A DNA stretch of 64,000 nucleotides from Okamejei kenojei (Eukaryota): assembly GCA_035221665.1 (NCBI GenBank), contig CM069156.1, positions 29,388,001 to 29,452,000 of the forward strand, given 5' to 3'. Every line of letters begins with the position of its first letter. Position 1 is the stretch's first letter. The position numbers were made by a program, and so were the translations under genes. The notes beneath the pieces were generated by a model that saw only the letters and a list, made by a program, of their open reading frames with translations, was not told the DNA's origin and did not search any database. Shown piece by piece: positions 39,000-52,202 of the stretch.

Positions 39000-40020
39000 T
39001 ACCTTCGGATGACGAAATAAAAACAAAGACTCCACACGGTTGTCAGGCCGAGTATACATACACTATTTCCACGGCCAAAGATGTGCGTTAAAAACCTAAC
39101 GCTTCCCCACTCTCCCGACGTCATTGAAATGGACAAGTTTGGGATGGGAGGCCTAGTGGGGGTGACAGCCTCGGAAAGAGACAACGACACGTGCTGTGTT
39201 CCCGTTGTCGCCACTAGTTATGACTTCATCCAACGAGCAGTCCGAGTCCCCGGCTTCAGCACCTCAGGCCCTCCCCATTAACCAGTTCCACTTACCGTCC
39301 AGAGCGACTTCTCCCCCATCGACTGTGTGAGGAGAGGGGGGGGGGGGGGCGAGCACGGAGCGCGGGCACACTCCGTGATGACAACCAGGTGATGGTGCAC
39401 GCGGGTCCTCGGGTCCCCCACGTGACCCCACACACCCCTCGCGCTCGAGGCCGCCGACGCCCCCACGTGACCAACAGTCGAGGGGCCAGACTACGGATTA
39501 TAGAGCAGCGCCCCACGTGATCGCCGCCCCGGCAATATCTCACGTCTCCAGCTCCCCCCGTGACAGCCGGCACATCACACGTGACTGGATAGGTCGCCGC
39601 GCAGCTGACCCTTATTTCTGAATGAATGGGAATTGACCAATTTTTGTTTCTAATTTAATTAATTGAAATATATATATATTAATTAGTACAGGTGGGGAGA
39701 AGGCAGGAGAATGGGGTTAGGAGGGAGAGATGGATCAGGCATGATTGAATAGCGGAGTAGATTTGATGGGCCGAATGGCCTAGTTCTACTACAACATCTT
39801 ATGACTGTCCCGGGGGGGGGCACGGAGGGTAACGCGCTCCCCCACCCATGCGCTGCTGGCTGACGAGCCCGACGCCGGTGGGGGTGGGGGAGGCGCGGAA
39901 TCCTCCCTTCACGAATGTTCGGCCTCGCCCGCCAGTCCATTGGGGTGGGAGAGTCTGGGCGGCCTTACTCCCCGTTACCGTTTTAAGGCGATGGCGGGAT
40001 GCCCATCACATAGTTCGGGC
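39000..40020. promoter_or_regulatory. Intronic CpG island with an E-box cluster; candidate antisense promoter
   Basis: High CpG density in a CpG-poor window; CACGTGA at 39419, 39464, 39514 and 39578; CACGTG at 39188 and 38742; minus-strand donor ACG|GTAAGT at ~39295. Confidence 0.65.
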
Positions 40021-40021
40021 T

Positions 40022-40336
40022 TCACAGCGGCGCAGTTGGCAGAGTTGCTGCCTTACAGCGCCAGAGACCCGGGTTCGATCCTAACCTCGGGTGCTGTGCG
40101 TGTAGAGTTTGCACATTCTCCCTGTGACGACGTTGGTTTTCTCAGGGTGCTCCTGTTTCCTCCCACGTCCCAGAGATGTGCTGATTGTAGGTTAATTGGC
40201 GTCTGTAAATTGCCCCGAGTGTATGGGGAATGGATGAGAAAGTGGAATAATGTCGAACTGAGAACGGGTGATCGATGGTCGGCACGGACTCGGTGGGCCG
40301 AATGGGTTGTTTCCAGGCTGTGTATTTCAATCAAAT
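40022..40336 (+). mobile_element. HE1-type V-SINE, near full length
   Basis: GGCGCAGTTGGCAGAG...GGGTTCGATCC head, V-domain, tail GGGCCGAATGGGTTGTTTCC. Confidence 0.85.
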
Positions 40337-42222
40337 AAAAAAAAAACATTTTCATAGTTGCCCAACAGTGAGGAATATTGCACACCTCGAGGAAGTTCAT
40401 GTTATCATCCAGATGCATAGGATTTCCTTTCAGGCAGACAGCCAGGTGAAAATATTTGTTTTAATGCAGTTGCTAGAAATCTACAGTAGATACTGGAAAT
40501 ACCCAGCAGGTCAGGCTGCCGCTGTGGGAAGAGAAACTTCTATTAAACTTTCAGGTCCAAGGTCTTTGGTCAGTGAGAACTCAAGGAGGAGCTGTCCATT
40601 CAGCACCATGACCGTATGAAAGCAAACCTGAGCGATAGTTTGCAGCCAGATTGGGCTCCAGTTCCCCAATCAGGCTTCAGTAGTGGCTGGGTCAATGGAC
40701 CAACAATCCAGAGACATGGACCAATGCTATTTTGGACACAAAGGATTTGAATACCACAGAACCTGGTCCATATATAAGGCTTCTGGATAGGCACATGGAT
40801 ATGTGGGGAATGGAGGAATATGGATCATGTGTAGGCAGAGGAGATTAGTTTAACTTGGTATTATGTTTGGCCCAGACATTGTGGTCTGAAGAGTATATAT
40901 ATATATATATATATATTTCAGCTATTTATTCTGGATTATAAAACAATGGTATATATTAATACATCATTGTAAAAATATTAACAATTTTCGTGAAGGGCCC
41001 AGAGGTTAACCAAAAGATTTAATCCACAATTTCCACATACATTAGCTGGACCAGAATTTGGACACAAAATCCTCTACAAACATTGACCTGTTCTCATAGG
41101 TCTGATGTGGAGATGCGAGGGACAGTGTCCATGTGTGGAAGTGATGGGTTGAGTCCAGAGGAGAGTTGGAGATTTAGGTGCTCTAACGCACTAAAATGTT
41201 GGACTTGAATAAAAGCAATTGGGACTTTGAGTAACTTTGCTATCAGAGAAAGATGATATCTTCATGCACAGTCACTGATACAACTCAACCTGCTGACAAG
41301 GGTGAAGAGATAAGGTTCTGCACAATCGCTGTGTGCTGTAGGCTGACTCAGCGGCCTGTTGTCAGGTCCCTCTGTGAATGATTGATGAATAATACTCTGC
41401 ACTGCAGGCCGGGTTAGACCAAGAGATCTGTTCCATCTGTTCCCCATGGCCTGTCAGTAATTATTAATGTGGTGTGGAAATATTGTATGCCTGGTGGGGG
41501 AGGGTGGCAAATACACTCGACTTGCATTTCATGACCTCAGGATGCCCCAGTGTGTTGAAGTGTTTATTTGAAATGTAGTCAATATTACAATGGATGGAAT
41601 GTAGAAGTCAGTTTACACAACATAAACAGCCACAAGGAACAATATGATATAAGCCAGGCAATCAGTTTCTGTCACGTTGATTGAGGGATAACGACTTGAT
41701 GTGACAAAAGGATAACCCCTATTCTTCAGGGTATTTTGCCAAACCAATATCCTGTGATGTTTGACAGGTCTCAGTTTAAAGCCTCACATGTGAGGCAGCA
41801 CCTATGTCGAAACAGCACGGCCCTGCACTACTTTTTTTGTGCGTAAGTCCCTTGAGTGGGTTAGAATCCAAAATGACTTGGAGGCAAGTGTTCTGCCCAC
41901 TTAACTACTGCAGGTCAGGTTACTTCCCTGTTTTTTATTTGCAGAACCATCATTGTTTTATGCTCCATTTTTCTGCCCTTGAAAACCTTTTGTGTGAAGA
42001 AGTGTGTCATCCGGCCAGTGAAGTCAGGCTGTAACATTCACCTCTTGATAGCTATAGTGTAACCGCAGCTGGCTGGCATCGCAATTGTCTGGCACTGATT
42101 TTCCGTTAAATCTTCCACAATTTTAAATATATATTTATTTGCTCGTGGGTTGTGCACATTGCTGACTTGACCTGTCTTTGTGCAACAGAGAGTTGAATGG
42201 TTTAACCCTTATGCTTTTCCAG

Positions 42223-42422
42223 AGTTTGACTCAACGAAGCTAGCCCGAATGGTGTTCACCACGCTCCACGTGGTCTGCTGCAGCTGGGTGAAGGACCTGC
42301 CTTTAACAAGAAGATCACATCCCTATTTCGAAACATCAATTCATGCCATCAAAAACATGCGCAGGAAAATGGAGGATAAACATGTTTGCCTGCCTGATTT
42401 CAATAGTCTCTTTAATCTAGAG
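42223..42422 (+). CDS. PPM1E: PPM1E coding exon 3
   Basis: TTCCAG/GTAGGT sites; [11 protein letters not shown]...[30 protein letters not shown] (PP2C RxxMED motif). Confidence 0.96.
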
Positions 42423-44539
42423 GTAGGTAGATATAGGCTGACATAACATGATATGAACTTTTCTTAGCCTATCCCTACATTGCTGGCCTTTTAAGCTTCA
42501 ATTGACTCCTCCGGGCTCCTTAAAAACTACAAACATCGACCATCAATTTTATAAGTTGCTTGAAATTTCTTAAATTCCCATTCATCTATTCTTTAAAAGA
42601 TAGTTTATTTCTATCTGATGGGTTTATGAGGAGATCTCTTGGTATCTCTTTCTCGCCTTAAGATTTGTTGAACACATTTCAATGTATTTTATTCTCTTAC
42701 TCTAACTGCCTCTCCCTCAGTCCTCTGTCGAAGCCAAGGTGATACTCTGGGTTCTTGCACCAAGGCCACCAGTACCCATGGATCTGTCTCCCATTCATCC
42801 TATGCTAGGCCGAGCAGTGAGAAATCTGATTGCAGAGTGCATCAGGTTTAAGTCCCATCCAACAGCTGGAAATGAAAACATTGTCTATCAGGCCTAGGAT
42901 TGAAATGGGACTTTCTTATGCATGTGGCTTGGTCGGGCTTTACCTGATGCATACTTTCACCACCTGCACTTGTTTTCTTGGTTCAATTTTAAATACATTT
43001 GTTAAAAACCTTTCCCTGACAGACTACTTGAAACCCAGAGAGAGAGAATCTCTCTTTACCCACGAGCAGAGTCGACAAGGCACAATCTCAGAAAAAGTGA
43101 ATTAATGCAGCAGTGATTTAAAGACATTTGCATTTCAGCAGTGTTTCACCAACTCAAGAAGTCCCAATGCATTATACAGCAGCTGAGTAGTCATTGCAAT
43201 AATGTAGGTAATGCAGCAGCCATTTGTACACAGGAAGCTCCCAATAAGTGAAATGATAACCATATTATCCGGTTTTAACTTTTGAAAAAATAGTGTTGGC
43301 CAGGACACAAGAGAACACTCCCTTGAATTATTTCAAAAGCTTCATTAAATCACTTCTACCCATCAAGTTCGACAAACAGGACCTTGTTTAGCATTTCATT
43401 GAAAAGGTGGCATCTCCGCGAATGTTGCACTCCCTCAATCTGCTACTGGGAGGTTAACTTAGGATTTGAGGCTGAAGGCCACAACTGATCCTCAATTGAC
43501 ACATCCTTCATCAAGATGAGCTGCCATTTGAGTCTAGGCAACACTTCAAATCAGAGTGTGTCCTGAGAAGAGGCAATGAATCTGGTGATGCTTAGAAAGA
43601 TGCGGCAGTAATAGCTGTCATAGAAAATTATTTCATTAAACAGCGGCCTTGTCTGTCTGTATCTGAATAGTTAGCGTTTGTTGAGGGTGGATAAGGCAAA
43701 AATGAAAGTAAATGAGATGGATGAAGGCAAGGTTGGGACTGGAAAGATGGTGGGAAACAAAATGACAAAAGCTAAGAAGAAAGGGTGGAAGAAAATTAGG
43801 CATGGAAGTTGGTGGGGGAGGCTTAAGTATAAGTGAGTGGAAGTGAGGCAGCAAGTCAGTGAGAGGACAAGAAAGGGGGAAATAAGAAAATTAATGCTGA
43901 GTGGAAAGGGTGGGGGGTGGGAGAAAAGACGAGGCAGATGATCAATAAATGGCAAATTAAAAGAAGGTATAAGTGGTGAGGGGATGAGGAAGAGAAAATA
44001 GTGATTATTGGAAGCAGGAATTCAAATGAGTCTGCTTTTGGAGAGGAAATTTATGTAGGAAAATTGTATGTATGTAATGTACCCCGGATGCCCATTATTC
44101 TTTTGTTGTTTGTGGATTGCACGCGATCCAAAGTGTTCCCCATTTACAAAGCAGGCTACTCCTCAGGAATTCTTAGCCACAAATTACTTTAGTAATGCAG
44201 TGAGATGTTGCACTTTGGGAGGCTGTATGTAAGGGGAAAGTAAAAGTATAGATCCTTAACAACATTGATGTATAGAGGGATCTTGAGGTCCAAGTCCATA
44301 GCTCCCTGAAAGTGGTAACACAAGTAGATAGAGTGGTGTTTTGGAGGCATTTAGTTAGGCAGATGGATATGCAATGAATGGAGGGATATGAATCACAAGC
44401 AGGCAAAGGACATTAGTTTAACTAGGCATCATTGATGACACAGACACTGTGGGTCAAAGGGCCAGTTCCTGTGCTGTATTGTTCAATGTCAACATCATCT
44501 TTGTTTCTCTGCCTATCTGTAATGTTTTCCACCCAACAG

Positions 44540-44728
44540 GACCAGGAAGAACAATCATTTTTTGCTGTGTTTGATGGACATGGAGGGGTGGACGCTGCAA
44601 TTTATGCCTCCATCCACCTTCATGTGAACCTGGCCCGTCAGGAAATCTTCCAGCATGACCCTGCTGAGGCCTTGTGTCGTGCCTTTCGTCTCACGGACGA
44701 ACGATTTGTCCAGAAGGCTGCCAGAGAG
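44540..44728 (+). CDS. PPM1E: PPM1E coding exon 4
   Basis: [28 protein letters not shown]...FVQKAARE; 189 nt; DGHGG motif. Confidence 0.97.
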
Positions 44729-45716
44729 GTTTGTGATCAAGATCTGAAGAAACCTCGCACTGAATGTGTCCAACAGGGCTGTCTCTCACTTGTATACGAT
44801 TTCGGTCCCATATGGAAGGCCATTTGTTGCCTGAATCAACATCTCACTGAGTGAGGTGGTAACTAGAAGCTGTTGCCATGCATGTGATGGATTGGTGCAA
44901 TGAGACAATGAAATGGGCTGCCAATGTAATCTGAGTACAGTGTTCACCACCAAGTGATTGTGAGCAACTCTGCTGGGTCAAATTAGTTATTTGGCCTTTA
45001 CTATCTCTTTGGGAAGGCGATCCAATCTCCCACTCTCCTGTTTTTAACCTATTCAAGTTAAATGTCCAAAATACACTTAAAAGATGGAACCAATGGAGTC
45101 AGATTTTGGTTACCTATTTGGGCACCTTGCATACCTTGCCACCCCTCTTTGCTAAGAAATGCGCCCTCATCTTTTCTGACTCTTGTGCCAGTTATTACCT
45201 ATTGACCACTCTTGATTTAATCCTGCACAGACTAATGCCAACCTCTGCTCTCCCCAGAGTTCCCGATGATACCTTCAGCCACTCACTCACCAGCGCATAA
45301 GCAGCTGCAAGCAGAAAGTGAGAAATGTTTATAATTGTGAGTGGCAAGTAAGGGGGTCAAAAATGCATCCCCAGTGTCTCTAATTCTTCCAGCTACCTCT
45401 ACGATACCACCAAAAATGGGGAAGAGATTTCAGGAAACTTCCACCAAAGAACCATCACAGTAATCACCACTTGTGCTATGCAGCATCACACTCCATGCAG
45501 CACAACAGGATATTTTAGTATGATGTGAAGGGGTGAAAGGCAGACAGCCTAAATTGTAAAGTGATCCTCCTCCATCTGATGAATCAGGCTAGGATAAATT
45601 TGGGGAGAATCTCACATGTCCTGGTCAGGAAGTTCTGAGCAGGGAGGGGTCAGGCGGGTGTATGGAAATGCTGATAACTTTGATGATAACCTACAGTTTC
45701 ATTCGGATTCCCTCAG

Positions 45717-45860
45717 AACCTGCGATGTGGCTCAACTGGAGTGGTGACCTTTTTGCGGGGCAACATGCTGCACATAGCCTGGCTTGGGGACTCCCAGGTA
45801 ATGCTGGTCCGAAGAGGCCAGGTCGTGGAACTGATGAAACCACACAAACCTGATCGAGAG
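45717..45860 (+). CDS. PPM1E: PPM1E coding exon 5
   Basis: [48 protein letters not shown]; CCTCAG/GTAATT sites. Confidence 0.97.
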
Positions 45861-46958
45861 GTAATTGAGGCACAGTGACAGCATGTTGAATTTTCTTGAC
45901 ACAAATGTGCACTTATGATGATGGGGATTGTACATGGCTTTATGGACTGGAAATTGCCTCAGTCTCTCCCTCACAACTCCTCTGCTAAGGGAAATATATC
46001 GTGCCTTCCCTTAGGTCAATCATAATTTTATACACTTAAGTCAATGTCCCTCAATCTTTTCTGTCTTAAAAAAAACAGACTTAACCTATGATGTCTGATC
46101 TGATTGTAAGCTCAACATTTCCATGTTACCGTTTTATCTGCTGCTTTTCAAGAATCTTAAGTTTGCCTTAAAGAAATCAAATACTCAACTTCCACTGCCT
46201 TTTAAGGAAGAGTTCCAATGGATTGCGATCCTCTTGAGAGAAAAACAATTCACCCCAACTCTGTCATAAATGGACAACGCTTGTTTTTAAATAGTAGCCT
46301 TTTGTTCTAGATTTTTCCTGTAAAAGAGATTATTATCTATGTATTCACCCTGTCAAGAGAATCTTCAGTGATACTGCAGATACTGGTATATTGAGCAGAA
46401 AAAAAAAATTGCTGCAGGAACTGAGTAGGCCAGGCAGCGTCTGTGGAGGGAGATGAATAGATTGTGTTTCGGGTCAGGACCCTTCTTCAATCTGAGGAAG
46501 AGTACTGACCTGAAATATTGTCTCTCCATTTCCCTCCATGGATGATGCCAGGCTTGTTAAGAAATTAAGGTCTTATTTGTCTTAATCATGTGACTTCCCA
46601 CGCTGCTAAAATCCATGCAGCTACAAAAGGTTCACACAAAGGGTGGTGGGTGTGTGGAACAAGCTGCCAGAGGAGCGGCTGGTACTATCCCAATGTTTAA
46701 GAACAGTTAGACAGGTACATGGATAGGACAGATTTGGAGGGATATGGACCAAATGAGGGCAGGTGGGACTAGTGTAGCTGGGACATGCTGGTTGGTCTGG
46801 ACAAGTTGGGCTGAAAGGCCTGTTTCCATGCTGTATCACTCCATGACTCTATGACAAGCCTAGCATACCCATCCTTTCTCTATAAGATACTCCATCCATC
46901 CCTGTTATTGGTCTAGTGAGCCTTCTCTGAGTTTTGAACACATAAACATTAAGAATGA

Positions 46959-47632
46959 AGGTAGACAAAAGTGCTGGAGAAACTCAGCGGGTGAGGCAGC
47001 ATCTATGGAGCGAAGGAAATAGACAACATTTCAGGCCGAGACCTTTCTTCAGACTGAAGTAGGGTGGGGGGGGGGGAGACGGGGGGCAGGAAGAAGAAAG
47101 GCAGAGGAGTAGCCAGAGGGCTGAGGGAGAGCTGAGAAGGGGAGGAGACTGCAAGGACTACCGGAAAATGGAGAAGTCAATGTTCAAGCCGCTGGGGTGC
47201 AGACTGCTCCTCCAATTTCCGGTGGTGCTCACTCTGGCCATGGAGGAGGGAAAGTTGAAGTGCTGAGCCACAGGGGATCAGGTTGGTTAATGCGGACCGA
47301 GCGGAGGTGTTCGGCGAAACGATCGCCAAGCCTATGCTTGGTCTCACCAATGTAGATCAGCTGACATCTAAAGCAGCGGATGCAATAGATGAGGTTGGAG
47401 GAGGTGCAGGTGAACCTCTGTCGCACCTGGAACGACTGCTTGGGTCCTTGAATTGTGTCGAGGGGGGAGGTAAAGCGACAAGTGTAGCATCTCCTGCAGT
47501 TGCAAGGGAAAGTACCCGTGGAGGGGGTGGTGCAGGTGGGAAAGGAAGAATTGGCCAGGGAGTTATGGAGGGAGCGGTCTTTGCAGAAAGCAGACAGGCG
47601 GGGAGATGGGAAGATGTGGCGAGTGGTGGGGT
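46959..47632 (-). mobile_element. PLE 3' fragment (Cys-rich linker, GIY-YIG, pseudo-LTR)
   Basis: ORF 47229-47663 with NLIYCIRC..CQLIYIGET; 12-bp TSD CATTAAGAATGA (46947-46958, 47633-47644). Confidence 0.9.
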
Positions 47633-49494
47633 CATTAAGAATGATATCATACATAGTACTCATGGTGTGATCTCACCAATGCCCTTTCTAACTGAAACAT
47701 AATCTCTCTATTTCTGTATTCAATTTTACTATCCTTTGCCTTTTTACATACTTTGCAATCTTTAATAATTTGTTTTGATGTTGGTTTCTAATTTATTCAG
47801 TTTTTCTTTATTCTCCTACCATCAATTTCTTGCCACCTTTTTCAAAGTCCTCGCAGATTCTAGGTTTCCTGCTCTTTTTTCAACATTATTGGCTTTTCTT
47901 GAATATAACTTCAACTTCTCGTTAGTCCCAGTAAGACCTTTGTTTTTGTCATTGTTTAATTTGTGTTTGTTAGAAATTGTTAATAATTTATTTCAATGTG
48001 TGCCATCATTGAATCAAGTTTCCCAGTCCATCTTAGTTAATTCTGTCCTCATAATAACATTGTTTATTTGGTAGGTTCAGATTAAAGTTCCCAGTTTCAA
48101 AATTATCTCAATTCCCTTTCAACTTCTTTATAAAGCTCATATGTTGACTCTTACCCAGAAGCTATTTTACCATAAGGTTATTAATTTGCTCTGTTTCATG
48201 GCACAATATTAAACCTGTTCTCTGTATAGTTCCTCCACATACTGAACTGTAAAACTATTTTGAATATATTCCATGTAATCATTCTCCACAGCAATCCTGC
48301 AATGTGCTTTGTCCTGGATGATTGTTTTACCCATGTTCATGTACCTCTACTGTAGTTGTCCGATGTATACTCAACTCAAGAATTAGGAGAGTGTTTCTGC
48401 TCCTTGATTTTTCCAGGCTAAGTGCTTCCCTCTACTTTCTTTATCCTGCTTTATCCCCAGGAATATCCTCACAATCTGCTGCTCTTCTAAAAGCCAAGTA
48501 TAGAAAGAAGGAACTGCAGATGCTAATTTACAAAAAAATACTCAAATTACTCAACATCTGGAGAGGTGCTGCCTGACCTGCTGAGTTACTTGGCGTCTTT
48601 TCTTCTAAAAGCCATCTTTCTTAACCTTTTTAATTCACAACATTAATCATTATGCAACTATGACTCCAAATTCCTGCTTAGCTGTGAATGTTTTGTGCAT
48701 TCAGATATCATGACTTTAGCTTTGACTCATTTCCCTGATGTCACCAGAATCATTATGCCTAGGACTTTTGTTAAGTTCCCTGCTTTGTAACATTGAAACA
48801 CTGAATCTGAGGTTACTCTTTCCTACTCATTCCTGAGGTTACTCTTTCCTCAGATCAAACCCAATCTACCACACTATTCATTCAGTTATCCAAGACACAG
48901 GTCTGAATTTAGTTTAGAAATACAGCATAGAAACAGGCCCTAGTACTACATTATTCTACTTTCTCATCCACTCCCAACACACTAGGGGTACTTTACAGAG
49001 GTCAATTCACCTACAAACTAGCATGTCTATGGGATGTAGGAAGAAACCAAAGGACTCCCACACAGTCACAGGGAGAACATGCAAACTCTACATAGGCAGC
49101 ATCCGAGATGAGGATCGAACTCGGGTCTCTGTCGCAGTGAGGCAGCAGCTCTACCAGCTGCACCACCATGTGCCAAATTCAGTGTCGATCTATCCCCTGA
49201 TTCAATACCCTACCATCTACTCCACTCATCTAGTTAGATCCTCCTGCGCCACTCTGGTACTGTAACAATCCAGAAATTATTCACTGTGATCCTCTGCACC
49301 ATTTGGACTTGTGCTCCTCAATCTCTTACAGCAAAATCTCATTACTATTTTTATCTGTGATGCTGATTCTTGGGTGAACCAAGCAATTGGATCACCTCCA
49401 ACCCTCCTCCCACTCAGCCTCCTATATCGCCAATCTCAAGGTCATGTAACTGTCACAACAGTTTTCCAACTCTTCCTTTTTTTTGTTCCTTCAG

Positions 49495-49588
49495 GATGAA
49501 AAGCAGAGGATCGAGGCACTCGGAGGTTGCGTGGTCTGGTTCGGGGCCTGGAGAGTTAATGGAAGCCTTTCTGTCTCCAGAGCGATCG
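49495..49588 (+). CDS. PPM1E: PPM1E coding exon 6
   Basis: [31 protein letters not shown]; CTTCAG/GTAAGG sites. Confidence 0.97.
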
Positions 49589-51198
49589 GTAAGGTTTTTT
49601 AGATTTGGAAACTGATTTTCAGCATTTGTCCACCCACACTTCATAGTGATACCCAGAGATACGCAGAATCTCCTGCTGCTAAGAATGTGCAGGCCACTTT
49701 GTCCAACTGATCTATGCTCTGTAGGATAAGCTTCCCACTCCCTTTCACACCATCAACATATTTTCCTAATTCCTTTCCATCTGGTTCCCCCTTAAATTGA
49801 TCTCTTCTACCACTACATTAAATTGATCTCTTCTACTTCTACTCTTCTACTTGCCTCAACCACTACATATAGGAGCAAGCTCCACCTTTTCGCCACTTTC
49901 TGGATGGAGAAATTACACTTGAAATATGCATTAAATTTATTATTGATTCCCATATCCTTAGCCCTGTGCTCAGCCACGTGGAGATATCTTCCCCACGCAC
50001 AACCCGATCAAATTGCTTCAGGATCTTAAACCAGGAGACTCCTCATCTTTGTCAGTCATTCCTGATTTTAATCAATGTAAATCTTTTCTTCACTATCTCC
50101 AACATTTTTGACAGAGACAAGAACTGTGCCAATCACTCTGAATGTGACCTGGTGAATGGATACTGTGGATTATCCAAGCTTCCTGTTGTTTCGAGGGTGG
50201 CGGGTATATAGAATGAGCTGCCAAAGGAGGTAGTTGAGGCAGGTACTATAACAACATTTAAAAGGCACTTGGACAGGTACATGGATGGGAACGGTTTAGA
50301 GGGATATGGGCCAAACGCGGGAAAATGGTAAGGGCTTAGTAAGGGCACCTTGACAAGTGTGGACATGTTGAGCCGAAGGGCCTGTTTCCATGCTGTACGA
50401 CTCTGATCCAAAATTATTGTAATTTCCAAGTTTATGGTTTTAACCAGGACATACATGCAAATCATTGGAATGCAGGCTTCGTATCAATTAAGTGGTTGAA
50501 AAGAATGACTCCCAAATAGACATTAATTTTTGGGCACCAATCACTACCACTAATATGTCCTCCTAATATTGATAACGATTCAAGGCAGATTTCTCCACCA
50601 GTATTTTCAGTGGTGACCTCCCTCCCCTAACTAACTATAGAAACAGTGGGAGTGCAAGCGTTCACTTGTAATCATGGTTGGTTTTGTCGAGCTTGTGCAT
50701 TGCTATATTGGCAGCCTTGGCCTTCTGAGATTACTCATTCCAAGTCCAGAGACTTGAGCCAACAGTCCAGGCTAACACTCCAGTACTGAAAGAAGGCTGC
50801 ACCTTTAAGGTGAGACATTACACCGCGCCTTTGTCTACATGTTCAAGTGTATGTAAAAGGCATAAGAGCACCAGCACAAGAGCTCCACCCAGCATTAATC
50901 TCTGAATGTTTGCCAAAAGCAATAGATTATCTGTTCATTTTGGAAACTTGTTGCTCTAAAATTGGCATTGTCTTTCCTACAATTAACATATCAGGAATGT
51001 TCTTTGAAGTACTTTGGGATGGTGTGCAGTAATGAAATGTGTTCTCTATAATGCCTGGCCCTGATCTGTCTCAGTCGGACAGATGCTGTGATGTGTGTTT
51101 GTTTCTGACCCTCTTGTTGCTGATATTAATGGAGCAGTAATGCAGGTTGTTCCCTTGATCTCTGTTTTCACTAACCCACCACTCTTTGATTGCTTCAG

Positions 51199-52202
51199 GG
51201 GATGCTGAACACAAACCATACATCTGCGGTGAAGCAGACAGTGACACGCTCATGCTGGACGGGACCGAGGACTATCTCATCCTCGCCTGTGACGGCTTCT
51301 ACGATACCATGGAACCGGAGGAAGCAGTCAAAGTGGTGGCCGACCACCTCAAGGAGAACAACGGTGATAGTAGCATGGTGGCGCACAAGTTGGTGGCGTC
51401 CGCACGAGACGCTGGTTCCAGCGACAACATCACCGTCATCGTGGTCTTCCTGCGGGACCTGAACGCGCCGCTGGAAGAGGAGGAGGCCAACGGAGACTCA
51501 AAGTGGTCAGGCAACTCTTTTGACGGGGCACAGGGCGATGGCAGGGACGATAAAGAGAACCAAGGTGACTTCCAAGGACCTCGGACCCTGCCTCACTATG
51601 GGACTGGCTCAGAGCTAGCCCAAGATACTCGCGAGGATTCACTCACCGACAGAACTAGTCTGACTTTAGGCCCTCAGGTCATCCTCCTTTGCGGCCAAGG
51701 TTCGCAGGGTGATCAAGCGCTGGCGGCCAGTGCCAAGGACTCCCCTCCGCCACAATGCAGACCGAAGAGGGCCGATCCACCCAGCGTGGAACTGCCGTTC
51801 TCAACCTTGCAGGAACGAGGGGATTTTGAGCTGGACGAGGTCCGGCCTTGTCAGCCTTCGCTGGCGGGCCAGAGCAAAAGCCGGAGCAGCAGGGCAGAGA
51901 AGCCGGCTCCCCTCTGTCCCGCCACCCAGGATAATCCCACCACAGCCCACAGAGTCGCCTGCGCAGTGAATCAGCAAGGACAGCAATCAACCCCGCCGCC
52001 ACAGCATGGCCCATCCCTCCTCACACAGAGACATAGCAGCAAAACCAGCGCCGGGCCAAGCAGTCGGAATCGCAGGGGGGCAACTCACTGGGAATCACGG
52101 CAGAAAAAAGTGGGCAGTATATGTCACTTGGGCTGGGCTGGCGTCAGCTGGCACCAGCAGATGGCAACTAGTTTACGTGGCGTCTGTCTACTGCAACAGT
52201 AA
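51199..52202 (+). CDS. PPM1E: PPM1E last coding exon
   Basis: [11 protein letters not shown]...[12 protein letters not shown]...[14 protein letters not shown], then DDKEN and DSLTDRTSL as in PPM1E rather than PPM1F; stop TAA at 52200-52202. Confidence 0.95.

Noticed and set aside
40022-40090. tRNA gene
   Set aside because: A/B-box head of a V-SINE with no complete cloverleaf; the same applies to the other copies.
42180-44854. ORF-track starts and ends around PPM1E exons 3 and 4
   Set aside because: The extensions are intron read-through; splice sites define the real boundaries.
42223-52202. Assignment to PPM1F
   Set aside because: [29 protein letters not shown] and DDKEN...DRTSL are PPM1E-type.
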